From positions 57,914 through 121,913 of IMG/VR virus record IMGVR_UViG_2927464213_000002: a DNA stretch of 64,000 bases, one strand, 5' to 3'. A program made the translations under genes and the position numbers. Below the pieces are notes generated by a model, which saw only the letters and a program-made list of their open reading frames with translations, did not search any database and was not told the origin of the DNA. Source of the stretch: a virus (Duplodnaviria > Caudoviricetes). This document shows positions 9,463 to 17,964 of this stretch, piece after piece. Position 1 is the first letter of the stretch; every line of letters starts with the position of its first letter.

Positions 9463-9894
9463 ATGTTCAAGCACGGTCATTCCCGCGACAGCGGCGAGTC
9501 TCCGACATACCGGTCTTGGGTCGCAATGATCCAGCGCTGCTATGATCCGGCCAGCACGTCCTATGAGAGCTATGGCCAGCGCGGCATCACTGTGTGTGAT
9601 CGCTGGCGCGGACATGATGGCTTCGAAAACTTTCTAGCGGATGTTGGCGAGCGCCCGTCGTTGAAGCATTCGATCGACAGGATCGACAACGAAGGCCACT
9701 ACGAGCTTTCGAACTGCAAGTGGTCAACGGTGAAGGAGCAAAACCGGAACCGCCGATCAACTCGCTGGGTAGACTTCCGCGGGCGAACAATGTCGCTCGC
9801 CGAGGCGATCGAACTGTCTGGCCTTCCGGAGGCCAGAGTGAAGCGACGTCTCTACGTTTACAAGTGGCCTCTTGAAGACGCGCTTGCTGCTTAA
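9463..9894 (+). CDS. HNH homing endonuclease
   Basis: HG.S..PTYRSW.AM.QRC...YGQRGITVCDRW...F.NFL.DVG.RP...SIDRIDN.G.Y...NC.W.T..EQ.RN signature; ATG at 9463. Confidence 0.9.
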   Translation: MFKHGHSRDSGESPTYRSWVAMIQRCYDPASTSYESYGQRGITVCDRWRGHDGFENFLADVGERPSLKHSIDRIDNEGHYELSNCKWSTVKEQNRNRRSTRWVDFRGRTMSLAEAIELSGLPEARVKRRLYVYKWPLEDALAA

Positions 9895-9947
9895 TTTCTC
9901 GGTGCCAGCCGACACGTCAAATGAAATGACATAGGGGTGGCTGGTTA

Positions 9948-10395
9948 AATGGGGCCATGTGCCAAGCCGAGTGCTCGCTGTTGCGAGCGCAGCCCGCCAC
10001 CGTCTGTTGTGGCGGGCACCTATTGAGCCCCAGGATCGTTGCTCACGATAAACGCCAGCACTGACCATGCGCGCGTGTGACGCTCCCCTGGGCCACCCGG
10101 ATCACAGCTGGTCTCGTGATCTCGCGGGAGGGTGGGCGCTGTCGAGGAGCAGCAGGCAAGGCCTGGCGAAGGTCATCCTCTCTAATTCGGTCGAGGGCGG
10201 AACGGCCTCCCGCCACGCCGCTGATCCTGAGAAGCACGTAGGGAAGGCGGCAAAGTACGAGCAATCGGAAGAGATGCGGGCACATGGGCAACCCGCCGAC
10301 CGAACCAAAAGCCGCAAGGCGCACGCCATCCCCAAGATAGGCGTCCCGACGACTGGGCAATCCGTCGCGTGAAGAAATCGGGTAGGGGCTCCATT
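9948..10395 (+). ncRNA. Putative ~450-nt highly structured ncRNA, family unknown
   Basis: Terminal helix AATGGGGCC/GGCTCCATT; long-range pairing CCATGTGCC (9955-9963) with GGCACATGG (10279-10287); at least 7 local hairpins; ends 4 nt before tRNA-Trp. Confidence 0.6.
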
Positions 10396-10399
10396 CTGC

Positions 10400-10472
10400 A
10401 TCGGTGAGCCAGTGGTGGTGGCACGGTATCCAAAACCGAAGTCCGCTGGTTCGACTCCAGCCACCGGTGCCA
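10400..10472 (+). tRNA. tRNA-Trp(CCA), slightly atypical
   Basis: Acceptor ATCGGTG/CACCGGT, discriminator G, encoded CCA; anticodon arm CGGT-ATCCAAA-ACCG; T arm GCTGG-TTCGACT-CCAGC. Confidence 0.8.
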
Positions 10473-10492
10473 ATCAACAAAAAGAAGAAACG

Positions 10493-12550
10493 ATGAGCAC
10501 GTCGCGCTATCGCGTTATCTCCCTCAGCGGGATCACCATCGGCACTGACTTCTACGATGTGAACTCGATCGTCACGCTCACGCCCGGAGGCGCGAAGTAC
10601 TTCCTCCTGAACAAGCAGATCGCGCTGGCCGACAGCCAGCCGCCGGTCGGCGTTCCGGGCGGTCCGAGCGAAGACGACGTCAAGATCGAGATCTACATCA
10701 ACAACATCGGCAAGACGGTTTCGCTCACCCAGCTGCGGGACATGTTCCCGAGCTTCAAGGGTGATCCCGGCGAGCAAGGCCTCCGTGGACCTGCTGGAGC
10801 GCAGGGGGCGCGAGGGCCGCAGGGCGACGTCGGACGCGGCATCAGGCTCGCCGGCATCGTCGCCACCGTGTTCGATCTTCCTCCGGCCGCCGCCGAAGGC
10901 AATGACGTCTACCTCGCCCAGGACACCGGACACGGCTGGGCCTGGACGAATGGCGCCTGGATCGACATCGGCCCGTTCCGAGGTCCGGAAGGCAAGACAG
11001 GTCCGGCAGGCCCGAAGGGTGAGGCTGGTCCGCAGGGCCCGGCAGGCGAGCAGGGGCCTCCGGGCGACCCTGGCGATCCGTCGCTGGCGCAGCTGACGGC
11101 TGCCAACGCGGCAAGCTCGACGGCCTCAGCGGCCACGGCTTCCGACGCTGCGGACAGGGCGCTGGCCTCGGAGAATGCGGCTGCCGGTCACAAGCAGGAC
11201 GCCAGCGACAGTGCCACAGCGGCTGCCGCCAGCGAAGCGTCTGCCCTCACGAGCAAGATAGCGGCGGAGCAGGCGGCATCGACCGCCACCACCGTGGTGG
11301 CCAGCGCATCGGATTCTGCTGCTGCGGCGGCGACGTCCAAGACGAACGCGGCGACCAGCGAGAGCAATGCGGCTGCCAGCGCGACGACCGCGACCAACAA
11401 AGCGGCTGCCGCGGCAACGAGCGAGCAGTCCGCTGCCACTCATGCCACCAATGCCGGCACGTCGGAGACCAATGCCGCAAACAGTGCGACCGCCGCATCC
11501 AATTCTGCCACGGCTGCAGCGCTGTCGGAAACCAATGCAGCGACCAGCAAGACGGCGGCGGCTACGTCCGCTTCGAATGCATCCACCTCTGCAGACAACG
11601 CGCAGGCAAGCTACACGAATGCGCTGAACGCCTACAACAACCTCAGGGGCACCTACTACGGCGCTCAGGCGACCGATCCTGCGACCGATCCTCTTGGCGC
11701 GGCGAAGGGATCTGGTGATTTCTATTTCAACACCACGTCGCTGACCATGCGGTACTGGAACGGCGCTGTGTGGGTCGACTTTCTGCTGCCTGGCGCCATC
11801 GGACAGTGCAAGCTGACCATGGTCAGCTCGACCACGCTCAAGCTGATCCCGTTCAACGGCAACCTGATCAAGATCAATGGTCAGCTATACCAGATCCCTG
11901 CGGCAGGCGTCACGCTGACCAACTCAGGATTTGCGGCGAACACGCTGTACTACATCTACATCAAGATCGTGGGCAGCACCCTGACGCTGCAGCAGAGCCT
12001 GACTGGTCACATCACCAGTTCTTCGGCCGGCAGCGTCGGCGTCGAGGTGATGAATACCGCTGGCGGCGAAGTGTACACGCTCGTCGGCATGGTTTTCACT
12101 GGCGCATCGAGCCAGTTCTTTGACCAGCCCGACACGCGCTGGGTCCGGTCCTGGTTCAATGAGACGGGCGTTATCTTGGCGAGGTACTCGTCGACCACGG
12201 TGGCGACGACATCAGGCACGCCGATCGAGCTGGATTCGGCAGTCCGATGCTTTGCGTTGCTGTGGGCGAATGAGCAGTTCCATCAGACGATCTCGTGTTC
12301 GTGCTTCAACAATACGCTCGGGTCGCTGACGTATCTGATCCCTGGCTGGGGCAACAGCTTCGGCAGCTGGTATGGACTGCAGCAGTACATGCACCAGGAC
12401 ACGGTCTCATACGCGAGATCGATGAGCAATTCCTGGACGCTTCAGAACTCAACCGATCAGGCAGTAATCCTCTCGATGTGGGGACAGGTTGGGTCCGGGA
12501 CTGGCTCCTATGCCTACAAATCTAACTCCATCATGACGGTGCGCCGATGA
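10493..12550 (+). CDS. Fibre protein with collagen-like G-X-Y repeats, Ala/Ser/Thr-rich coiled coil and C-terminal beta-rich tip
   Basis: [19 protein letters not shown] repeats and ASxSATAAAxSETNA repeats. True start taken as ATG 10493 because the ORF-track start overlaps the tRNA. Confidence 0.8.
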   Translation: MSTSRYRVISLSGITIGTDFYDVNSIVTLTPGGAKYFLLNKQIALADSQPPVGVPGGPSEDDVKIEIYINNIGKTVSLTQLRDMFPSFKGDPGEQGLRGPAGAQGARGPQGDVGRGIRLAGIVATVFDLPPAAAEGNDVYLAQDTGHGWAWTNGAWIDIGPFRGPEGKTGPAGPKGEAGPQGPAGEQGPPGDPGDPSLAQLTAANAASSTASAATASDAADRALASENAAAGHKQDASDSATAAAASEASALTSKIAAEQAASTATTVVASASDSAAAAATSKTNAATSESNAAASATTATNKAAAAATSEQSAATHATNAGTSETNAANSATAASNSATAAALSETNAATSKTAAATSASNASTSADNAQASYTNALNAYNNLRGTYYGAQATDPATDPLGAAKGSGDFYFNTTSLTMRYWNGAVWVDFLLPGAIGQCKLTMVSSTTLKLIPFNGNLIKINGQLYQIPAAGVTLTNSGFAANTLYYIYIKIVGSTLTLQQSLTGHITSSSAGSVGVEVMNTAGGEVYTLVGMVFTGASSQFFDQPDTRWVRSWFNETGVILARYSSTTVATTSGTPIELDSAVRCFALLWANEQFHQTISCSCFNNTLGSLTYLIPGWGNSFGSWYGLQQYMHQDTVSYARSMSNSWTLQNSTDQAVILSMWGQVGSGTGSYAYKSNSIMTVRR

Positions 12551-12927
12551 CGTCTCTTGCTACAGCTTTGTCTGAGCTTCGCCCTGGAGCCCAATGGGTA
12601 CTCCGCGGCGACACCATCGGCGACCTTGAATGGCTCGACACAGAGCAGGTCGTGCCGACGCAGGCGGAGGTGGACGCCTACCTCGCGTCCCCAGTCGTGC
12701 CGCAGTTGGTGACGCCTCGGCAGATCCGGCTGGCGCTCTACCAATTCGGATTGCGCCAACAGGTCGAAGACTACGTCAACAGTCAGGACATCACCGTTCA
12801 GGACAGTTGGAACTATGCCACCCAGATCGAGCGGACCAATCCGCTCATCCTGGCCTGCAAGTCAGCTCTCGGAAAAACCGATGAGGAGCTGGACCAGCTC
12901 TTCATCCTGGCCGCGTCCATCGTCTGA
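12547..12927 (+). CDS. Fibre-associated chaperone-like protein
   Basis: ALSELRPGAQWVL N-terminus and VTPRQIRLAL...WNYAT...NPLI C-terminus; paralogous to 33046-33621. Confidence 0.7.
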   Translation: MTSLATALSELRPGAQWVLRGDTIGDLEWLDTEQVVPTQAEVDAYLASPVVPQLVTPRQIRLALYQFGLRQQVEDYVNSQDITVQDSWNYATQIERTNPLILACKSALGKTDEELDQLFILAASIV

Positions 12928-12950
12928 GACCGCACAACGCACACCAACCA

Positions 12951-12976
12951 GGCCGTCCTTCGGGGCGGCCTTTTTC
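12951..12976 (+). terminator. Rho-independent terminator
   Basis: GGCCGTCC-TTCG-GGGCGGCC then TTTTT; identical copy at 40509-40533. Confidence 0.8.
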
Positions 12977-12991
12977 GTTTCAAGGACCGCA

Positions 12992-13408
12992 ATGCTGTTC
13001 TCAATCATCATGGGCCTCTTGCCCAAGTTCGGGACCTCGTTCCTCGACTGGCTGAACAAGAAGACCGACGCAGACCTTGAGAAATTCAAGACCGCGGTCG
13101 GCGGCGACGTCCAGCTGAATGTCGCCGAGCTGCGCTACAAGGTCGAGGTCGCCCGCATGGCGGCCGACATGCGCAAGGACGATCGGGAGCACTGGTTCAC
13201 CGCCTGGATGGTGCCGGTCGCCTTCGCCGTCCTGTTCTTTCACGTTGCGGCAGTCGTCTTCGACTCGATCCCGCTGCTCGGCCATGAGGTCGGCAGCTGG
13301 AAGATTGCCGCGCTCCCCGCGCCCTACAACACCATGCAGGAACAAATCGTCCTGACGATTTGCGGTGTGGCGGGCATCTCCTCACTCAAGAAGATCTTCT
13401 CCCGATGA
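12992..13408 (+). CDS. Holin-like membrane protein
   Basis: Hydrophobic segments, short basic C-terminus (SLKKIFSR), AAGGA RBS. Confidence 0.5.
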   Translation: MLFSIIMGLLPKFGTSFLDWLNKKTDADLEKFKTAVGGDVQLNVAELRYKVEVARMAADMRKDDREHWFTAWMVPVAFAVLFFHVAAVVFDSIPLLGHEVGSWKIAALPAPYNTMQEQIVLTICGVAGISSLKKIFSR

Positions 13409-13734
13409 AATCCGTTACCGACAGCTCGTTCCCCGCCGACGTTCTCCAGGCCGAGGGGCCGGTCGTCATCAAGTTCGAGGCACGCTGGTGCCAGCCGTGC
13501 AAGGCGATGACGCCGACGCTGGACGCGATCGAGAAGGAGCTGGCCGGCAAGGTCACCTTCGTCAAGGCCGATGTCGAGCACTGCGTGGCCGCCACCCAGC
13601 GCTTCAAGGTCGGCCAGGTGCCGGCGCTCGTCGCCGTCAAGGACGGCATCGTCACATCAATGAAGACGGGAGCTGCGCCGAAGCAGGAGATCCTGAAGTG
13701 GGTCGACCTGGCTTTCCCCGGCCTGCGAGACTGA
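13405..13734 (+). CDS. Thioredoxin
   Basis: PVVIKFEARWCQPCK active site; about 109 aa. Confidence 0.9.
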   Translation: MKSVTDSSFPADVLQAEGPVVIKFEARWCQPCKAMTPTLDAIEKELAGKVTFVKADVEHCVAATQRFKVGQVPALVAVKDGIVTSMKTGAAPKQEILKWVDLAFPGLRD

Positions 13735-13946
13735 TGGGCTACCGGTTCGATCTGCAGAACCGCGTCGCTGTCCACGACCACGGCTTCGTCGTCCCGATCA
13801 CCGACTTCTACGACAAGTTCGGCGACTACACAGAGGACCCGGAGGAGGCTGTCGTGATCGGTTTGGTCATGCCACCGGATGGCCTGTACGTCACTCTCGA
13901 TCTGCGTGACATGGACGAAGACGACATCGTCACGACGCTCCAATAA
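13734..13946 (+). CDS. Hypothetical acidic protein
   Basis: TGATG coupling to thioredoxin. Confidence 0.55.
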   Translation: MGYRFDLQNRVAVHDHGFVVPITDFYDKFGDYTEDPEEAVVIGLVMPPDGLYVTLDLRDMDEDDIVTTLQ

Positions 13947-13961
13947 CAAGAAGAAAAGCAC

Positions 13962-14504
13962 ATGACTGACACGCCGCGTCGTCGGGGTCGCCCGACGAAG
14001 GAGGAAGCTGCTGCGCGCAAGGCCGCTGCAGAGGCTGCCGCCAAGAAGGAAGGCGAGGAGACTGCCTTCCTCGACGAGGTGCTTGCCGAGCCGATCAAGC
14101 GCCGCAACACCAAGCTCCAGCCGGACGAAGTGACGCTCCGAACGCTCGGCGAGCTGGGCAAGCTGTTCTGCACCCAGGAAGAAGCCGCCGCCGTGTTGGG
14201 CGTCTGCAAGAAGACCTTCTCGACCTTCCTCGGCGAATATCCCGAAGCTCGTGAGGTTTGGGACGACGGCCTGATGCACGCGAAGGTCTCGCTCCGCCGC
14301 AAGCAGTTGGCACTCGCCGACAAGAACGCGCCCGCCGCGATCTTCCTGGGCAAGAACTACCTCGGCCAGAAGGACGAGAACACCACCAACCTCAACGTCA
14401 CCAAGCCGGCCAACGAGATGACCGAGGACCAGCTCCTCGAGATCGCAGGCCAGGCCGCATCACCGCGGCAGCCGCCGGCAAAGAAGTCAGACACCGTTCA
14501 CTGA
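13962..14504 (+). CDS. terS: Terminase small subunit (probable)
   Basis: HTH (CTQEEAAAVLGVCKKTF) and SLRRKQ...AAIFLGKNYLGQKD motif. Confidence 0.75.
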   Translation: MTDTPRRRGRPTKEEAAARKAAAEAAAKKEGEETAFLDEVLAEPIKRRNTKLQPDEVTLRTLGELGKLFCTQEEAAAVLGVCKKTFSTFLGEYPEAREVWDDGLMHAKVSLRRKQLALADKNAPAAIFLGKNYLGQKDENTTNLNVTKPANEMTEDQLLEIAGQAASPRQPPAKKSDTVH

Positions 14505-14510
14505 GGCAAC

Positions 14511-15068
14511 ATGAGCTTCGTCATCAATCTCATCGGCGGCCCCGGAGCCGGCAAGAGCACCACCGCTGCAGGTGTGTTCTTCCTCCTGAAGCTCCTCAAC
14601 GTCCGCTGCGAGTTGGTGACGGAGTTCGCCAAGGAGCTGACCTACGACGAGAATTGGAGCGATCTGAAGCGCCAGCTCTACGTCACGGCTGAACAGGAAC
14701 GCCGGCAGCGGCGCCTCGTCGGCAAGGTCGACTTCATCGTGACCGACTCTCCGCTGCTGCTCGGTGTCGCCTATGTTTCCGATGGGCGCGAGCGCCACGC
14801 AGTGGAGCAGTCAGCTCGCAGCCTGTTCAACAGCTACAACAACCTCAACTTCATCATCGAGCGCGTGAAGCCGTACCAGCCGTACGGTCGCAAGCAGACC
14901 GAGGAGGAGGCGAGGGCGATCGACCAGCGCCTGTTCGACGACGTGTTCGCCCGCGAGTCCCTGATCCCCATCCGGGGCGATGAGACCGCCGCCAAGACCG
15001 TCCTTCAGGTGCTCTCGAACATGGGGCTGCTACCGGAGCTGTACGACACCTACGGCACCCCGAACTAG
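14511..15068 (+). CDS. P-loop ATPase/kinase (AAA_28/NadR-like)
   Basis: INLIGGPGAGKST; ELVTEFAKEL; IVTDSPLLL; YGRKQTEEEA. Confidence 0.8.
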   Translation: MSFVINLIGGPGAGKSTTAAGVFFLLKLLNVRCELVTEFAKELTYDENWSDLKRQLYVTAEQERRQRRLVGKVDFIVTDSPLLLGVAYVSDGRERHAVEQSARSLFNSYNNLNFIIERVKPYQPYGRKQTEEEARAIDQRLFDDVFARESLIPIRGDETAAKTVLQVLSNMGLLPELYDTYGTPN

Positions 15069-15249
15069 CGAGTGACCGATGGCTGTCGACAGGCGAGGCG
15101 CCATGGGCGTCTCCGAAAGCATCCGCCAGCAACGGCGTGAACTTTTGGAGATGAGCCAGCAGCAGGCGCGAAACTTCTCCGAAGTGAAGCGAGAGATCCA
15201 GCCGGACCCTCCGCCGATCCAAATCCAAACTCCCAAAGAGGAACTCAAG

Positions 15250-15927
15250 ATGGGACTTCCCCTCCTGGTAATCGTCGGCGCCGATAAAGGCGGTGTCGGC
15301 AAGACCGTCGTGGCACGAACAGTGCTCGACTACTTCAAGGCTCAGGGCGTCGAAGCCCGAGCGATCGACACGCAGATGCCCGAGGGCAATCTCAAGCGCT
15401 TCCATCCCGACGTGACGGAAGTGATCGACCTGTCCAGCTCGGACGGCCAGATCAAGGTGTTCGACGCGCTGCCCAGCAGCCCGGTCACCGTGATCGACAT
15501 CCAGGCCGGCTTGCTGACCCCCACGCTGACCCTGCTCAGCGAGATCGGTCTGCTCGCCATGGTCGAAGACGGCAAGATGAACGTGACCGTCATGCACGTC
15601 GTCGGCAGCACCGTCCAGTCGCTGAGCGAGATCGAAGGTGCCGCCAAGATCCTCACGGGTTCCCGCCACTTCATCGTCAAGAACCACACCAACGACGCCG
15701 CGTTCTTCGCCGGCCTCAACGTGTCAACCGACGCCCTGAAGATCGGCACCGCGCTGATCGACATCCCGAAGCTCGACGAGCGCGCCACCGAGTACGTCGA
15801 GGCAGCCGCGACGTCGTTCGCCAACTACGCCAAGACCGGCGATTCCTTCACCATGCGCGGCAAGGTCGGGTTCTGGGAGAAGGGCGTGTTCGCCCAATAC
15901 GACGCAGCCAAGCTGCACATCGTCTAA
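15250..15927 (+). CDS. ParA/MinD-like P-loop NTPase (start may be 15079)
   Basis: Deviant Walker A motif GADKGGVGKT. Confidence 0.75.
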   Translation: MGLPLLVIVGADKGGVGKTVVARTVLDYFKAQGVEARAIDTQMPEGNLKRFHPDVTEVIDLSSSDGQIKVFDALPSSPVTVIDIQAGLLTPTLTLLSEIGLLAMVEDGKMNVTVMHVVGSTVQSLSEIEGAAKILTGSRHFIVKNHTNDAAFFAGLNVSTDALKIGTALIDIPKLDERATEYVEAAATSFANYAKTGDSFTMRGKVGFWEKGVFAQYDAAKLHIV

Positions 15928-15937
15928 GGAGCAGCTC

Positions 15938-16159
15938 ATGTCTTCGATCTCGATCGTCCACCAGAAACTGCAGGTGGAAGATGCCCGTCTCGTCACCGTG
16001 TCCGACCTCGTTCAGGACACGGACGGGAAGTGGCTCCGCATCGTCAAGTTCTACGGCGACCCGACCGTTAATGGCGCTCCGACCGCCTTCGTGGAAGTCG
16101 CCGTCCGCTCCAGCAGCAAGGCCGACCTGGAGATCCAGGCGCCGGGCTTCAAGTTCTAA
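15938..16159 (+). CDS. Hypothetical protein
   Basis: GGAG RBS; codon usage. Confidence 0.65.
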   Translation: MSSISIVHQKLQVEDARLVTVSDLVQDTDGKWLRIVKFYGDPTVNGAPTAFVEVAVRSSSKADLEIQAPGFKF

Positions 16160-16171
16160 TCCAGCAAACAA

Positions 16172-16358
16172 GACCCCTGACGGGATCGCATCTGACTGCC
16201 TGTGCCGAAACTGGTCTCGGTAAGGGGTATCCGCCAAAGAACCTTCCACGAGGGCGCGGACTAAGTCGCACATAGCAGCCTGCACGAGCAGTCAGATCGA
16301 CCGCAATACGAAGTCCTGAATCAACAGGACGATCCTCTTGGCCAGAGGGCGTGGGGTC
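16172..16358 (+). ncRNA. Putative ~185-nt structured RNA
   Basis: Nested helices GACCCC/GGGGTC, GGATCG/CGATCC and ATCTGACTGC/GCAGTCAGAT (16190-16199/16288-16297) in an intergenic gap. Confidence 0.55.
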
Positions 16359-16392
16359 CTCTTTTCGCGGTGACCGGTTCGCAACGGCGGCA

Positions 16393-16461
16393 GCGGTGGG
16401 TCTGATCAACCTTTCTGCGTCGCTCGCCAAGACGGCGGTTCGATTCCGCCGCGCCGCTCCA
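16393..16461 (+). tRNA. Degenerate tRNA-Gly(GCC)-like element
   Basis: Perfect T arm GGCGG-TTCGATT-CCGCC and 3' end GCGCCGC-T-CCA; GCCAA in the anticodon-like loop; D arm and anticodon arm irregular. Confidence 0.5.
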
Positions 16462-16480
16462 TCTCAACAACAAGAACAAA

Positions 16481-17944
16481 ATGAACAACCTGATCGACGT
16501 CTCCCCGGAGGAGGCGGCGGCCGAACTCCTGCGTCGTCGGAGGGGCCGCGAGCACCTCATCGACTTCACTGAGTACACGCTCCACAAATACTACGCCGAC
16601 CCGTTCCACCACCTGGTTGCCCAGAAGCTGGAGGCGGTCGAGCGCGGCGAGATCAAGCGACTGATGCTGTTCGCTCCGCCGCGACATGGCAAGTCGGAGC
16701 TGTCCACCCGCCGCTTTCCCGCCTGGTACATGGCGAGGAACCCCGAGAAGAACGTCATCTCGGCATCGTACAACGGCGACTTCGCAACGACCTTCGGCCG
16801 CGACGTCCGCAACATCGTCCAGGGCAAAGAGTTCAAGACGCTCTTCCCGGACGCCAAGATCCGCTCCGACAATCGCGCTGCCGATGAATGGGAGCTGGAG
16901 AAGGGCGGCAAATACTTCGCGGTCGGCGTCGGCACCGGTACCACCGGTAAGGGTGCAAACCTGTTCCTGATCGACGATCCGATCAAGGACCGCAAGGACG
17001 CCAACTCCGCCTCATTCCGTCAGGACCAGTGGGATTGGTACCGCGACGTCGTTTACACCCGTCTCGAAGAGGACGCCGCAATCGTCCTCACGCTGACGCG
17101 GTGGCACTACGACGACATCGCCGGCCGCCTGGTCGACCTGGCGCAGTCAGGCAAGGGTTTGCCGTGGGACATCCTGTACCTGCCGGCACTGCCCTACACC
17201 AAGAAGATCAAGCGCGAGGACGGCACCGAGGATCTGATCCTCAACGACGATGGCACGGTCCCCGGCGACGCCCTCGGACGAAAGCCGAACGAGCCGTTGG
17301 CGCCGAACCGGTTCTCCTATGCGGCTCTCACCGACCGCATGGACGTTCTGGGCGAACGGTCTTTCGCTGCTCTCTACCAGCAGCAGCCGATGGCCGACGA
17401 CGGCGGCATGTTCAGCGCCGCCTGGTTCGAGCAGCCCGGCGAGATGCCGGCCCGCCGCGTCCGCGTGCGCGCATGGGATTTGGCCGCGACAGCTGACGGC
17501 GACTACACGGTCGGCGTCCTGATGTCGAAGGACATGAACGGCATCTTCTACATCGAGAACGTGATCCGCTTCCGCGGCTCCGCGCTCGAAGTCGAGAAGA
17601 AGATCTTCGACACCGCGCGCAGCGACGGACACTCGGTCCAGATCGTCATCCCGCAAGACCCGGGCCAGGCCGGCAAGAGCCAGGCCCAGAATTTCATCCG
17701 CCGGCTCGCCGGCTATCGCATCAAGGCAATCCGCCCCACAGGCTCGAAGGAGACCCGCGCTGCAGCGTTCGCTGCGCAGTGCGAAGGTCGCAACATGAAG
17801 ATGGTGAAGGCGCACTGGAATGAGTGCTTCACCGATGAGTTGGAAATGTTCCCGCTTGGCACCCATGATGACCAGGTGGACGCAGCGTCCGACGCCTTCA
17901 ACGAACTCCTCGGACCTCGCAAGGCCGCGATCCTTGACTGGTAA
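16481..17944 (+). CDS. terL: Terminase large subunit
   Basis: RLMLFAPPRHGKSE Walker A; FLIDDPIKDR Walker B; RAWDLAAT; FPLGTHDDQVDA. Confidence 0.95.
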   Translation: MNNLIDVSPEEAAAELLRRRRGREHLIDFTEYTLHKYYADPFHHLVAQKLEAVERGEIKRLMLFAPPRHGKSELSTRRFPAWYMARNPEKNVISASYNGDFATTFGRDVRNIVQGKEFKTLFPDAKIRSDNRAADEWELEKGGKYFAVGVGTGTTGKGANLFLIDDPIKDRKDANSASFRQDQWDWYRDVVYTRLEEDAAIVLTLTRWHYDDIAGRLVDLAQSGKGLPWDILYLPALPYTKKIKREDGTEDLILNDDGTVPGDALGRKPNEPLAPNRFSYAALTDRMDVLGERSFAALYQQQPMADDGGMFSAAWFEQPGEMPARRVRVRAWDLAATADGDYTVGVLMSKDMNGIFYIENVIRFRGSALEVEKKIFDTARSDGHSVQIVIPQDPGQAGKSQAQNFIRRLAGYRIKAIRPTGSKETRAAAFAAQCEGRNMKMVKAHWNECFTDELEMFPLGTHDDQVDAASDAFNELLGPRKAAILDW

Positions 17945-17964
17945 AGTCAGGACGTCCCCAAGAA

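Noticed and set aside
9094-9894. Group I/II intron or IscB-omegaRNA element around the HNH gene
   Set aside because: No interrupted host gene, no recognisable P7 or domain V motifs, and the 143-aa HNH lacks RuvC and PLMP parts. The ORF-track N-terminal extension overlaps RNA hairpins and the antisense peptide gene.
9948-10395. tmRNA or RNase P RNA
   Set aside because: No T arm, CCA or ANDN...AA-type tag frame, and no GAGGAAAGTCC / AACCCGGCTTA RNase P signatures.
16172-16358. Hammerhead ribozyme or permuted tmRNA piece
   Set aside because: No CUGANGA core with matching stems, and no tmRNA coding piece follows the CCA end.
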